Positions 1-12,541 of a stretch of DNA of 64,000 nt are shown here, piece after piece. The notes beneath the pieces were generated by a model. The model was not told the origin of the DNA. It worked only from the letters and a program-made list of their open reading frames with translations, and ran no database searches. The stretch is from contig OX597827.1 in assembly GCA_951406725.2 (NCBI GenBank), positions 49,538,001-49,602,000 of the forward strand, written 5' to 3'. The DNA is from Octopus vulgaris (Eukaryota). Numbering within the stretch: position 1 is the first letter of the stretch; each line of letters starts with the position of its first letter. The translations under genes were made by a program, and so were the position numbers.

Positions 1-33
<33 letters not shown>

Positions 34-252
34 GACGGGCTCTTCTCAGTTACCATCTACCAAATCCACTCACAAGGCTATGCTATAGTAGAAGACATTT
101 GCCCAAGATGCCACGCAGAGTGACCGAACCCAGAACCATGTGGTTGGGAAGCAAGCTTCCTACCACACACACACACACATACAAATTTACTCATAAATGT
201 TTACATACATATTACATCTTTAAAAAACTACATAAACGTGTTTGTGTGTGTA

Positions 253-294
<42 letters not shown>

Positions 295-1377
295 TATGTG
301 TGTTTCATTATAGATCCTGTCTAATGATTATATAAAAGATGCAAGTGTTAATAGACTACTCAGCTATTTAAGATATAATTCAAAAGACAGGTAAGCTTCT
401 ATGATTAAACTAATTGGCAACATCGTTAAAACTAAATGAAATTCTATACACACCACTTTTGCTATTGATGTATTACAAGGAGGTATTATATATCTTATTG
501 TTGCCGTTTAGCCCCAGGTCAGTCGTGATCAAGCATTCTGCCCATGACAATCCAATCAATTTTTTTAGGTTTACTGTACTCCAGACTACATTATCCAATG
601 TGTTCTTTCTTTTCAAACAGTATGATGAAGTTTGAGGGAGTTTTAACTGTTATTTCTTGCATGCTGAACAACTTTCCAGAAGCTTCCTTATTGACCTGTT
701 TAAGTGCTGTACAAGATGTACATACGTGTGTAAAAATCTGTGTAAGTGATCCATTAAATGACATTAGAGCCATCCTCGTTAAGTGTTGTGTGTGTGTGTG
801 TGTGTGTGAATGCTTACATGTATATGTTCACGTCTACATGAATAAACATCATCATGACAAGTATGCAAGTATTTTCGGAAATAGAAGGAAGGAAAAAAAA
901 ACAAAAAACTCCCCAGTTGTAATAGCTTTGAAGAGGATAGAAATTTCCTTTCCTCAGTGTGGGGTTTCCCAACAGGGATTGTATGTTGATTGGAACAGAA
1001 TTAGCCAATCAGAAACAAGGGAGGCAAATATCAGTTTATATATATATATATATAGAAAAGGATTTCATTCCATGGAGTGTTACACTTTCATTCAGTCAGG
1101 CAGAGTGCTGAGATTGAAAAAAAAATTTTTCTCTTTTACTTTATTTTATAAGATTTCCTCTTTACTAGAGAGAAGAGTGAAGTTGTAAGGCATTACTAAT
1201 GAAAACAGAAGGACACTGACATGTACTAGCAGTAGATATCTGAATTATTTGACTCACAACAGACTGAGCAGTATCTGTAGACAATAAACAATACTAACAA
1301 CAACAAGAACAATAATAATAAACACAGCAAATCATAATACATAAATCACTCTCCTTCATATTTACATAATACAAACA

Positions 1378-1883
1378 ATGACATACAAACTGTACTTCTT
1401 CTGCGTGTGCGCAGTATTATTCACAAAGTGCATACCTGGGGTGCTTAACCTTCAAACAAATAATTTGACCACTGCAAAACCTGAACCAGTCACAACCACC
1501 TTGGACACATACACAGCAACCCAAGAAGCCTTCACATCTAAATTTGAAGATGGAAGAGTAGAAGATGAAGATGAACAAGATCTACCTCAAAACAAAACAC
1601 AGATTAATGAAGATTTTATTTCTGCAATAAAGCTGAGAAAATTACTTTTCTCAACAATGACACCAATACTGTGTGCCCTTGGAATTCTTGGAAATATCAT
1701 GAACTTGATCGTACTCTGCCAGAAACAGATGAGAGGGTCTACCAACTGCTTCCTGATAGCACTTGCTGTTTCTGATATGATGCTTCTCGCCATGCAGATA
1801 GGACCCTTGATCGTATCCACTGAGAACGTTATTGGCTACTCACGAAAGTATATAATTACTTCTCGTTACTTAAGAATTATTCG
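1378..1883 (+). CDS. Class A (rhodopsin-like) GPCR, FMRFamide-receptor-like/srw-like, coding exon 1 (N-terminus, TM1-TM2)
   Basis: ATG at 1378, hydrophobic N-terminus, TM1 ILCALGILGNIMNLIVL (GN motif), TM2 FLIALAVSDMMLL (LAxxD). Donor CG|GTGAGT at 1883/1884, phase 2. Confidence 0.92.
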
Positions 1884-2430
1884 GTGAGTACTCACAAAAT
1901 TTTTTAATCTTTCTATTTGTGTTATGAAAATCAAATTGAAATGATTAATCTTTGTAAAAAGAAAACTAAAATGTGTGGTGGTTTATAAGTTTACAAATTT
2001 TAGGATTTTCAAACTCATCTTTGAAAAGGAAAAATTTTTAAGAATTCGTGTTTTCACTATATTTCATCAGCTAGATCTTCAACTATTGCAAGTGTTTTAT
2101 ACATGAAAATACAAGTAGTACCAAACTAAGAAAGAATATTTCTAATCTACAAACTTGGAAACCTTATTCTTAAAGTTATGGGATTACATTCTTATCTATT
2201 GAAACTAGTTTAGGATTTAAAGTTCTTTGTTCAAATTTAGCATGGTATTGTATACACATCCAGGAATAAGACATCTGGTGATGGTCAGTGACCAAACTAA
2301 TCAAAATGTAGGATTGATATCAATATTGAAAATTCATTAAAACACACATAAGGTGAATAGTAAAACAAAAAAAATCTTTCCTTATTTATATAATCACACT
2401 TTAAACATTTACTGTGTAATTATTTGAAAA

Positions 2431-2597
2431 TGAATGAATGAATGAATGAATGAATGAATGAATACATACATACATACATACATACATACATACATACATA
2501 CATACATACATACATACATACATACATACATACATACATACATACATACATACATACATACATACATACATACATACATACATACATACATACATAC
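2431..2597. repeat. (TGAA)n-(ATAC)n tetranucleotide microsatellite
   Basis: Direct reading. Confidence 0.97.
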
Positions 2598-2674
2598 AAT
2601 ATCGCAGACACATACACAAGGTATGTGTTTTGCTAGTCCGTGGGTAGGCTGCTCTTATAGGCATAAGAGAATAT

Positions 2675-2815
2675 ATTATTTACATTTGATGGATATTTGT
2701 CTCATCTTGTTTGTTGTTAACACAACATTTCGGCTGATGTACCCTCCAGCCTTCATCAGGTGTTTTGTTGTGTAAACAACAAGATGAGGACTAATATCCA
2801 TCAAATGTAAATAAT
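2675..2815. repeat. Inverted repeat (arms of about 50 bp) around the hammerhead; likely a Penelope-like element remnant
   Basis: attatttacatttgatggatatttgtctcatcttgttt...acacaaca versus tgttgtgtaaacaacaagatgaggactaatatccatcaaatgtaaataat. Confidence 0.75.
2719..2764 (-). ncRNA. Penelope-type minimal hammerhead motif inside the GPCR intron
   Basis: The minus strand reads aacac-CTGATGA-a-ggctg-gagggtacat-cagcc-GAAA-tg-TT-gtgtt. Stems I and II are perfect 5-bp helices. Confidence 0.62.
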
Positions 2816-3133
2816 TATTATTATTATTATTATTATTAAGATTGCAAGCTGGCAGACCCATTAGCCAAACGAAATGCTTAGTGGCATTTCATTCGTTTTT
2901 ACATTCTGAGCTCAAATTCCACTGAGGTGAATCTTGCCTCTCGTCCTGTTGGGGTTTGATAAAATAAGTACCAGTCAAGTACTGAAGTCAATGAATTGAC
3001 TTGCCCCTCTCCTCAAAAACTGCTGGCCCTATGCCAAAATTTGAAACCATTATTACATATGTTTTTGAAATATTACCTCACCTATATCTTAATTAAATGT
3101 TTTATCTGATATTATGTGTTATTTAATTTACAG

Positions 3134-3905
3134 GTATGTGACATCAAATTTCTTCATTACATGCACCAGTTGGTTGACCGTGGCAGTGACAATTGAACGA
3201 TTCATAGCAATACGGTTTGCTCTTAAAGCAAAAATTATGTGCACCGTGTATCGAGCCAAAGTAGCTATTATAGCAATTTTTATCACATCATTTGTATTCC
3301 ATTTCTCAAAATGGTTTGAGTATGGAGTCAATTTTGATCACACAAATAGAGCTCCAGTAACTTCGATGCCATTATCACACAACAAAGCCTACATGAGCTT
3401 TATGCATTCAACAAACATAGCAATAGCTGTTTTCATCCCAGAGATTTCGCTTTCCATTCTCAACACCTTGCTTGTATTTTACCTCGTCAAGCATACGGCA
3501 TCAACAAAACATATGAAGAAGCAGACTTCACAGGAAATCGCCCACATCACAACCGTTGTCATTACAATGGTTTTGGTGTTTATGATGTGTCATTCTATTG
3601 GACTTTATCTTGCCATTAGCATCTCTATCTATGATAGAAACAGTGTGCTGGGCACACCAACAGGTGTTAGGCTGAGAGCAATAAATAATTTCCTAGTTCT
3701 CATCAATTCCAGTGTCAACTTCATTCTCTACACAGCTATCAGCCAACGATTCCGAAGCACCATGAAAGGCATCTTCATGAGCTGTACCAAGTCTGGTTAT
3801 AAATTACCCAATGGTCAAAGAGCATATGGTTCAGCCAGCTCATCAAAAACTAAATCAACATCATCAGGTCACAGTAAACGAAGTAATAAAGAGTCAGTAG
3901 TATAA
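3134..3905 (+). CDS. Same GPCR, coding exon 2 (TM3-TM7, C-tail); spliced CDS 1278 nt = 425 aa
   Basis: Acceptor tttacag|G at 3133/3134 completes the Arg codon in phase. TM3 SWLTVAVTIERFIAI, TM5 FIPEISLSILN, TM6 VFMMCHS, TM7 INSSVNFILY, helix 8 SQRFR, Ser-rich tail, TAA at 3903-3905. Confidence 0.93.
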
Positions 3906-4156
3906 ATCGAAAAGAAGAATTATTAGAAATTGGACCTAAAGTGTGAAATAATTTACATAAATAATTGTGAAAAACAAAGTTCTGGAAACTGAAAATCATT
4001 TACATTTTTTTTTTTTTTTTTTACAAAACTATAACAACTTTTCAAAACTGAACAACAAACTAAAATACTGAACCAATGGTTCTCAACTACTTTTTACTTA
4101 TGGAACCTCTTTGATTCCTATTTTATTTGGGTGAATCCTCATAACCATTCAATGTT

Positions 4157-4209
<53 letters not shown>

Positions 4210-4835
4210 CAGTTAGACAAACAGACAGCAGACAAAGTAAACAGTGATATTTTTTCTAAATTGATGTGAGCACACTGTTAATTGTTGCCTGCAGTACAAT
4301 ATAACCAGTGTTTGCAGATTCATTGAAGCAAATAATTGTGTGTAGATATATAAGTGTATATATGTTGTGTGTGTGTGTGTGTGTGTGTGCACGCGTGCAT
4401 GCTTGTGTGTGTGTGTGTGTGTGTGTGTGCGTGCTTGGGTGTGTTCTTTACTTCTTTAATTTTTTTTAGCCATCACAGCTAAGGCCTGTGTGTATAAACA
4501 TATATTTTACACAGGCACACACACACACATATGAGGGGGTGAATATTCATATGCTTTTATTCTTTTATTTGCCTCACTCATCATACAGTGTCCATGCTGG
4601 GGTACCATGTCCAAGGATTTTGGTCAAGCAGCTCAACACCAATACTTATTTATTCAACTGCAAAGATGTAGTTTTGACATAAAGAGACACAACTTAGACA
4701 CCAGTAAATATAAACACATTACAAAAACACACAATGCACACACACACACACACATGCGCACACACACACACAATAAGATTCCACATATTTTTCTGCTAGT
4801 ATGATTGACTTATTTGACATGTAGTAAAACTACAT

Positions 4836-5168
4836 GTAGGCATGGCTCTGAGTAGTTACGAAGTTTGCTTAGCAACCACATGATTTTGTGTTCAGTTCTA
4901 CTTATTGGGTTCCTTGGGTAAGTGTCTACTGTAGACCCAAGTTGGCCAATATCTCTAGCTTAGAGTGTATCACCATCATCATTTAATACATTTAATATCT
5001 ATGCCAGCATGGAAAACAGATGTTAAATGAGGATGATACATTCTAAGCTGGAGATATTGGTCAACTTGAGTCTACAGTAGACACTTGCCCAAGGTGTGAT
5101 GCAGTAGAATTGAGCACAGAATCATGCAGTTGCTAAGCAAACTTCTTAACCACACAGCCACGTTTGCA
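4836..5168. repeat. Imperfect foldback with arms of about 150 bp containing SINE head sequence
   Basis: aagtgtctactgtagacccaagttggccaatatctctagcttaga is mirrored by tctaagctggagatattggtcaacttgagtctacagtagacactt. The match extends outward to aagtttgcttagcaac/gttgctaagcaaactt. Confidence 0.8.
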
Positions 5169-5559
5169 TCTATTTTTAACCACCTATCAAATAATCATTT
5201 ATAGTCGATTACAGATTCCATAAAGTATTTAATAGAAACTGTATTAAGGTCAGTTATAATTACATAGCTAATATTTGTAATATCTCAGCTTGTAAATCTC
5301 ATATGATAAGAATAGATAATGCAGTATGTACTTGTAAAAATAAAGAGTTATGCTCTCTTGGTAATTTCCAAATTATATAGCCAATATTTATAAACTAATG
5401 TTTCTTCTTTAACTGGAATTTCTACCACTAAACATTGCATTTTCTGCAAGACAGAAAACATCTTCAAGAATTTTTATCTAAACTACACTACATGTTTTCA
5501 GGAAGAAATATTAGATAGGTGTTCTTTATGTGCCACCAGCATGAATGCACTTGACTTGT

Positions 5560-6128
5560 CAAGTCCTCTCAAGCACAGCACATCACAAAAGGTCTTGGTC
5601 ACTAGTCATTGCCTCTGTGAGGCTCAGAGTTACAAAATCGTGCTTCACCACCCCATCCCATGTCTTCCTGGGTCTACCTCTACCACAGGTTCCCTCTACA
5701 GTTAGAAATCAGCACTTGTTTACACAATACTTGTCCATATGCATCACAGTCGTCTTTCTTGCACACCACAACTGATGTCTCTTATGCCTAACTTTTCTCT
5801 CAAGATGCTTACATTCTGTTGAACATGCACACGGACATTGAACATCCAGTGAAGCACACTAGCTTCATTTCCTTCAAACCTACACATATCTTCAGCTATC
5901 ACAGCCCATGTTTCACTGCCATGCAGCATAGCTGTTTGCACACAGGCATCAAACAATCTCCCTTTCACTCTGAGAGAGAGGCCCTTTGTTGCCAGCAGGT
6001 GTAGGATCTCTCTGAACTTTGCCCAGCCTAATCTTATTCTCACAGCTACGCTCTCAGAGCATCCACTTCCACTACTAACTTGGTTCCTTAGATAACAGAA
6101 GCTATCAGCTACCTCTAACTTGCCCCTC
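5560..6128 (-). mobile_element. RTE-clade LINE, degraded 3' ORF fragment
   Basis: RIRLGWAKFREILHLLATKGLSLRVKGRLFDACVQTAMLHGSETW...LREKLG..RRL; same family as the copies at 38.3 kb and 48.6 kb. Confidence 0.85.
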
Positions 6129-6131
6129 TAG

Positions 6132-6184
<53 letters not shown>

Positions 6185-6534
6185 TCACACACACACACAT
6201 ACATGCATGTGTCAGTTGTAAATGTATGTACATGTTTCTGTATATAGACATTGTTCTTGTATATTATATAACAAATTGTATATAGTGTAAATAAAATATC
6301 TAAATATTTTAATCTTGACTTTTGTTCAATATTCTTTTTCATAATGATAAAGATGACATGTTTTTTGTTTCACAAATCCAACCATTAGAAATACATCTAC
6401 ACATACATACACATATTCACACACAAACATATATATGGGTGTATATACATACCTACCGACCTACATACATACATATATACATACATACATACATACATAT
6501 ATACATATATATATATACATCAGATGTTTTACAC

Positions 6535-6792
6535 ATCGCTGGTCACAATGCGTTCGCATTGTTTTAGCCTTCGAATGACGCCACCCCGCTGGCTAAGCGA
6601 GCAGGCCAACAGAAGACTGAGAGAAAGAGTGCTGAAAGAGTACAGCAGGGATCACCACCCCCTGCCGGAGCATCGTGGAGCTTTTAGGTGTTTTCGCTCA
6701 ATAAACACTCATAACGCCCGGTCTGGGAATCAAAACCGCGATCCTACGACCGCGAGTCTGCTGCCCTAACCACTAGGCCATTGTGCCTCCAC
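6535..6792 (-). mobile_element. tRNA-derived SINE, family D (related copy at about 9545-9922)
   Basis: Minus-strand head GTGGAGGCACAATGGCCTAGTGGTTAGGGCAGCAGACTCGCGGTCGTAGGATCGCGGTTTTGATTCC has A-box and B-box-like motifs and a tRNA-like layout. Confidence 0.75.
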
Positions 6793-6857
<65 letters not shown>

Positions 6858-7716
6858 GACATATATGTATGTGTGTATATATATATATATATATGTGTGT
6901 ATGTATGTATATACACACACACATACATACACACATGTATATACATATGTATGTATATATACACACACACTCATACATACGTGTACATGTGTGTGCACAT
7001 GTATAATGATCTGGCAATTAAAAAAAAATTATACAGCATTTCACATAATGAGGAAGATCCCTTAAAAATCCTCACCACAGCAGTAAAGTGTATTATACTA
7101 AGTAACTGTGGTTTTCTCCCTCCAGTTGTGCTTTTTCAAACCCTTCCAGAAACTTTTATTGTTTGTCTCTTACTTGTTTCAGTCATTAGACTGCGGCCAT
7201 GCTGGGGCACTGCTTTGAAGAATTTTTAGTCAAATGAATCAATCCCAGTACTTCTTTCCTTTTTTAAGCCTGTTACTTATTCTGTCGGTTACTTTTGCCA
7301 AACCGCTAAGTCACAGGGATGTACACACACCAACACCAGTTGTCAAGTGATGGTGATACAACAACACACACACACCTAGATATAAATATATATGATGGGC
7401 TTCTTTTGTTTTCCATCTACTAAACTCGACTAGTACTTATTTTACTGATGCTGAAAGGACGGAGAGTAAAGTTAACTTTTGCAGGTTTGCAACTCAGAAC
7501 TACCAATCTCAACCAACCATTGTTCAGTTGTGAGAAATATATACAGTTTTGTTTTGTTTTGGTTTTTTAATTGCTTCCTAAGTAAAGGGAACACTACTGA
7601 TGTAATAGCTTCCAGTGCCTCAAAGACAGTTAGAAGGAAATTACCTTCAAATTAGAAACCAGTACCAAATCCTTACAGCAGGCAAGGTACTTAAGGACCA
7701 AGTGGTGACAGTTTAA

Positions 7717-7938
7717 CCCTTTCGTTACCGTATTCATTTTGAGATGCTCTGGGTTTCTTTCAATTAATTGTAAATATAACGAAGAATTTAGTAAAATAAC
7801 TTACTTATCATTCAGCTACTGTTAGGATCATAAATTGTGACTAAGGTTTGGTGGTATATTTTAATGAAAAACTTACGAAAACAAGACATTTATACTACAG
7901 AGCCAGAGCCGGTTTTGGCCGGGTTAGTATCAAAAGGG
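7717..7938. mobile_element. piggyBac-like MITE
   Basis: TTAA on both sides (7713-16 and 7939-42), termini CCCTTT...AAAAGGG. Related copies at 29523-29730, about 30248-30450 and about 62522-62732. Confidence 0.8.
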
Positions 7939-8552
7939 TTAAATCAACTTGTCATACTTTCTGATAATGTTATACGCAATAAACTGCCAACTTAACCAAG
8001 AGAATATTTATTTTTCATCTACATAATACCATGAAAACGGAGCATTTGGTGGGCAGGGTATAATTTAGTCAGAGAGAATTAATCCATCTATGACTGTTGC
8101 ATGCACTCTGAGGTTAGTCAAACTGATGTGACTGATATCCGAGCAGAACAACTGCATCAAAAACATGGGCAAAATTTGAATACTTGCAACAGAATGAATT
8201 CATAGAGCCTGATGGTGATGTTAGGACTACCACACACAAAAAAACACCAGCCATAAAGAATTTTTTCATCCCTTTTTTTAACCAGAATTTAACAATCATT
8301 TTACATTATTATACAGTTTACCTAGCTGTCTAGTGTATGAATGGTAAAGTTATTTGAGAGAGAGTATGACTATCACTCTGTTCAACTGCAGGTTTATCTC
8401 TCACCCAGAGAACCCCATCAAGCCAGAACTAATGAAAGGACATACGTTATACATTCATTTATAAGACATACAGAAAATTTGACGGTTTTTGTATTTACGC
8501 TGAGAGACTACCATGATAAAGCAGGACTATAACTAGGCTGACAGGGACTATC

Positions 8553-8748
8553 AAACAACAACAATACTGCTGCTGCTGCTGCTACCACTACTACTACTAC
8601 CACTACTATTACTACTATTACTACCACCACCACCACCACTACTACTACTATTATTACTACCACCACCACCACCACTACTACTACTACTACCACCACTACC
8701 ACTACCACTACTACTACCACTACCACTACTACTACCACCACCACTACC

Positions 8749-8782
<34 letters not shown>

Positions 8783-8799
8783 ATACTACCACTACTACA

Positions 8800-8831
<32 letters not shown>

Positions 8832-8881
8832 TACTACTACCACTACCATTACTACTACCACTACTACCACTACCATTGCTA

Positions 8882-8933
<52 letters not shown>

Positions 8934-8979
8934 CACCACCACAACCAGCACTACCACTACTACTACTACTACTACTACT
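8553..8979. repeat. (ACT/ACC)n trinucleotide microsatellite
   Basis: Direct reading; it produces the spurious poly-Val ORF. Confidence 0.97.
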
Positions 8980-9024
8980 CGTACGCAGACTTTAAAAAAT
9001 GAAATAAAAACGATCTGCACTCAC

Positions 9025-9186
9025 CTGCAATTGATTGTTTGCTACTTTGGAGGCCTTCAGCTCATTTCGACATGCATCCAGCTCCTCTTTTAATCGAGTA
9101 GCACCGTCTTTTAATGTTGTTATGTGGCTTGATGCTGATGACAAATTCTCTTCACTATTTCGCACCATAAGCTGAAAGTTCTGGAG
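9025..9186 (-). CDS. FAM184A: FAM184-like internal exon (54 codons, phase 0-0)
   Basis: LQNFQLMVRNSEENLSSASSHITTLKDGATRLKEELD resembles the FAM184A segment recalled as LQDMVRKSEQGLGSAEGLIASLQDSQERLQNELD. Acceptor ttcttcag|CTC (a second in-frame CAG lies 6 nt downstream), donor CAG|gtgagt. Confidence 0.85.
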
Positions 9187-9501
9187 CTGAAGAATGAACA
9201 ATTTATAACACTTGCTTAATATTTAGTTATGTATATTAACTTATATGTGCACACACACACACACACACATATGCACACATGCATGCACACAAGCATATAC
9301 ATACCATATACCCAATAAGTAAAGCACCGCCTTTAGTCTAACAAATCGACGCCAGGACTTATTCTTTGTAAACCTACTACTTATTTTATCAGTCTATCTT
9401 GCTGAACTGCTAAGTCACAGGGACATAAACACACCAGCATTGGTTGTCAAGAGATGGTGGGGGACAAACACAGACACACAAATACACACACACACATATG
9501 C

Positions 9502-9537
<36 letters not shown>

Positions 9538-10206
9538 TCATCATCACTCCGGCGGTTATGATGACAAGGGTTCCAGTTGATCTGATCAATGGAACAGTCT
9601 GCTCATGAAATTAACATGTAAGTGGCTGAGCACCCCACAGACATATGTACCCTTAACATAGTTCTCGGGGAGATTCAGCATGACACAGTGTGTAACAAGG
9701 CTGGCCCTCTGAAATAGAGGTACAACAGAAACAGGAAGAAAGAATGAGAAGAAGTTGTGGTGAAAGAGTACAGCAGGGTTTGCCACCACCCCTTGCCAGA
9801 GCCTCATGGAGCTTTAGGTGTTTACGCTCAATAAACAAACACAATGTCCGGTCCGGGAGTCAAAATCGAGATCTCACAACCGGGAGTCCGCTGCCCTGAC
9901 CACTGGGCCATTTCGCCTCCACACACACAACAACAGTTGTCATATATACCATAGATTTTAACATACAAGTCATCTTTGTATGTATGCATGCTGGCCTGTA
10001 AATTATTGAAAATTGCATGTCTTCCAACACAAAATTAAGACAGAAGAGAAACAAGAAAGCCAGTACAAAAGCGGTGTGACTAAGAGAATATAATAAAAAG
10101 AATTTGATGGACAAAATTACAAACTAAATGCAAATTCTCAATATGAAATCAATAGAAACAAATTTTTTTAATCAAGGAGGTAATAATAATGACACAATCT
10201 ACCTAC

Positions 10207-10317
10207 CTTTACTTCGGCGTTAGTAAGCTGACTTTTCAGTTCCTGCCCAATCTTCTCAAATTCTTCAACTACGGATCTATTCTGTTGCTTCAGCTGTTGA
10301 ACTTCTTTGTCAAACTC
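10207..10317 (-). CDS. FAM184A: FAM184-like internal exon (37 codons, phase 0-0); too short for the ORF track
   Basis: Hand translation EFDKEVQQLKQQNRSVVEEFEKIGQELKSQLTNAEVK. Acceptor tatag|GAG, donor AAG|gtaggt. Confidence 0.8.
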
Positions 10318-10429
10318 CTATAGTTTTGAAAAAGGAATTAAAACTGAATTTGACTTCCTAATAACGATTGTCTTATATATATCAGAGCAGGCTACAATAG
10401 TGAAAGAGTGAACTAAATGCTGGAATACA

Positions 10430-10475
<46 letters not shown>

Positions 10476-10477
10476 TC

Positions 10478-10674
10478 CTTTACTTGTTTCGGTCATTTGA
10501 CTATGGCCATGCTGGAGCACCACCTTTAGTCTAACAAACCAACGCCAGGACTTATTCTTTGTAAACCTACTACTTATGTTATCAGTCTATCTTGCTGAAC
10601 TGCTAAGTCACAGGGACATAAACACACCGACATTGGTTGCCAAGAGATGGTGGGGGACAAACAGACACACAAAT

Positions 10675-10734
<60 letters not shown>

Positions 10735-10741
10735 ATTTATA

Positions 10742-10807
<66 letters not shown>

Positions 10808-10816
10808 ATTTATAAA

Positions 10817-10865
<49 letters not shown>

Positions 10866-10872
10866 GTATGTA

Positions 10873-10925
<53 letters not shown>

Positions 10926-11048
10926 GATGGGCTTCTTTCAATTACTGTCTATCAAGCCCAATCACAAGGCTTTGGTTGGCCCGAGGTCGGGCCTGAGTGC
11001 AGAACCATGAGGTTGGGAAGCAAGCTTTTTATCACACAGCCACTCTTG
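10478..11048 (-). mobile_element. tRNA-derived SINE, family B, with expanded internal (TA)n
   Basis: Same head and tail as the copies at 13805, 16602 and 34273. Confidence 0.75.
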
Positions 11049-11169
11049 CGCATGCATATATATGGTGGTTGTCTACTCCTTATGCAGGACCTTATATATT
11101 GTTACTTGTATGTGGCTTGAATGAAGGCAGCATGTGAATGATATGGCAACACCAAGCAAACATTTAATA

Positions 11170-12120
11170 GTAACTCTTATTGCATAGCTCAAGTAATATT
11201 GAGGTTGGTCATGAATTATAAAGCTCTACAACAGGTCAACACAATTGAAGGAATAATTTAGTAGCATTCATAAATAGTTGATAACAAAAGCTTTCTACTG
11301 AAGTTTGTCAAGATAAGAGAAAAATCTATACAATCTATACAGTAGATTCATATCAACCAACTATATCAACATATCCAACCTGAGCAGAAAGTCATGAAAT
11401 TACTATTATAGATGGCAAGAGAGTGTGTGGAGCAGGACCACAAGTTACAGCACAATTTGAACGTTGGTACTAAAACAAGCCTTTATATAACTCTTGTACC
11501 AAGATGATCCAGAAAGATCTAGAAGAACCTATCACATGAAGTCTGGCTGCTGATTGGTCAATAGCTAAACCTCTCACATGAACAAGGTTATGCTATGTCA
11601 CCTGTCAAAGAAACGATTATACAACATGATTCTGAAGTAGGACATGTCACAGGGTGTGTGGTTCTCAGCAGTAAAATACCAGATGGATCTGAGGATGAGA
11701 GATTGTGTTGCATTGACATCTACATCTCCTGGAAGAGTAAGAAAACAATGCTCTTATTCTTCACATCAAAATCTATGCCTCAAAAACACAGACCCAAAAT
11801 TCCTACCTAAGACACACATAGATTAGAAGTTTCTGAAATGATGTTGGCAGTCTGTATAATGTAAGTATAAAAATAAGACAGGCATAGAAACACTTCCAGA
11901 AGCAAAGCTTTTCATGAGATATACAAAATTTCAGAGGTAATCAGTGACCGAAGTGGTTCAACCTTGTAATAAAGAGGCCTAAACAATAACTACATGACAT
12001 CAGGTTTCTTAATTCCTAGACCACATGTTAGACTACCTAGATGTAAGCAGCCTAGATTTGTGAAGAGACAGGACAACCTTTCACAACAGCAGCAAACAGC
12101 TGTCTAGCTGGCAGAAGAAA
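11170..12120 (+). mobile_element. Possible highly decayed non-LTR retrotransposon remnant
   Basis: Broken-frame fragments such as KIPDGSEDERLCCIDI resemble a PD-(D/E)xK restriction-like endonuclease region. No intact ORF. Confidence 0.25.
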
Positions 12121-12208
12121 GCAAGGGCCTACTAAGAATTGAGCAGCTAAGAAAAAGAAAAAAGATATGAGTGTAAGTCTACATAAAGAAAATAGGATAG
12201 AAAGTCAC

Positions 12209-12415
12209 CTCTTTCTGTTTTTGGAATTTGTCCAACATGTCATTTTGTATCTTCATGATGCTTTTCTGCTCTGCTTCTTTCATCAGAGCAATCTCTGCTT
12301 CCTTCTGTTTTATGAGAGCCTCTTTTTCTTCTTCATATTTTACCTTTATTTCATGAGTGTTTTCATCCATCTGTGACTCTATGATCATCTTTTCAGAGTT
12401 AGCATCGTGTAGCAT
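12209..12415 (-). CDS. FAM184A: FAM184-like internal exon (69 codons, phase 0-0)
   Basis: MLHDANSEKMIIESQMDE...DKFQKQKE. Acceptor ttatcag|ATG, donor GAG|gtgact. Confidence 0.82.
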
Positions 12416-12541
12416 CTGATAATATAATAAAACAGTCGTATACAGTAAATAAAATTTTTAAAAACCATGAGTTTGCTATAAAAGGATATATGAAAGATTT
12501 GTGTGTGTGTGTATGTGTATCAATATATATGTATGTATCTT

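Noticed and set aside
544-1188. 214-aa ORF upstream of the GPCR
   Set aside because: No recognisable domain; it includes TG and TA repeats and is not needed to complete the GPCR.
6690-6792. tRNA-like sequence on the minus strand
   Set aside because: It continues into a SINE body and recurs near 9850-9922, so it is a SINE head, not a tRNA gene.
8508-9020. Poly-Val ORF continuing from the FAM184-like exon region
   Set aside because: It is an (ACT/ACC)n microsatellite downstream of a strong splice donor.
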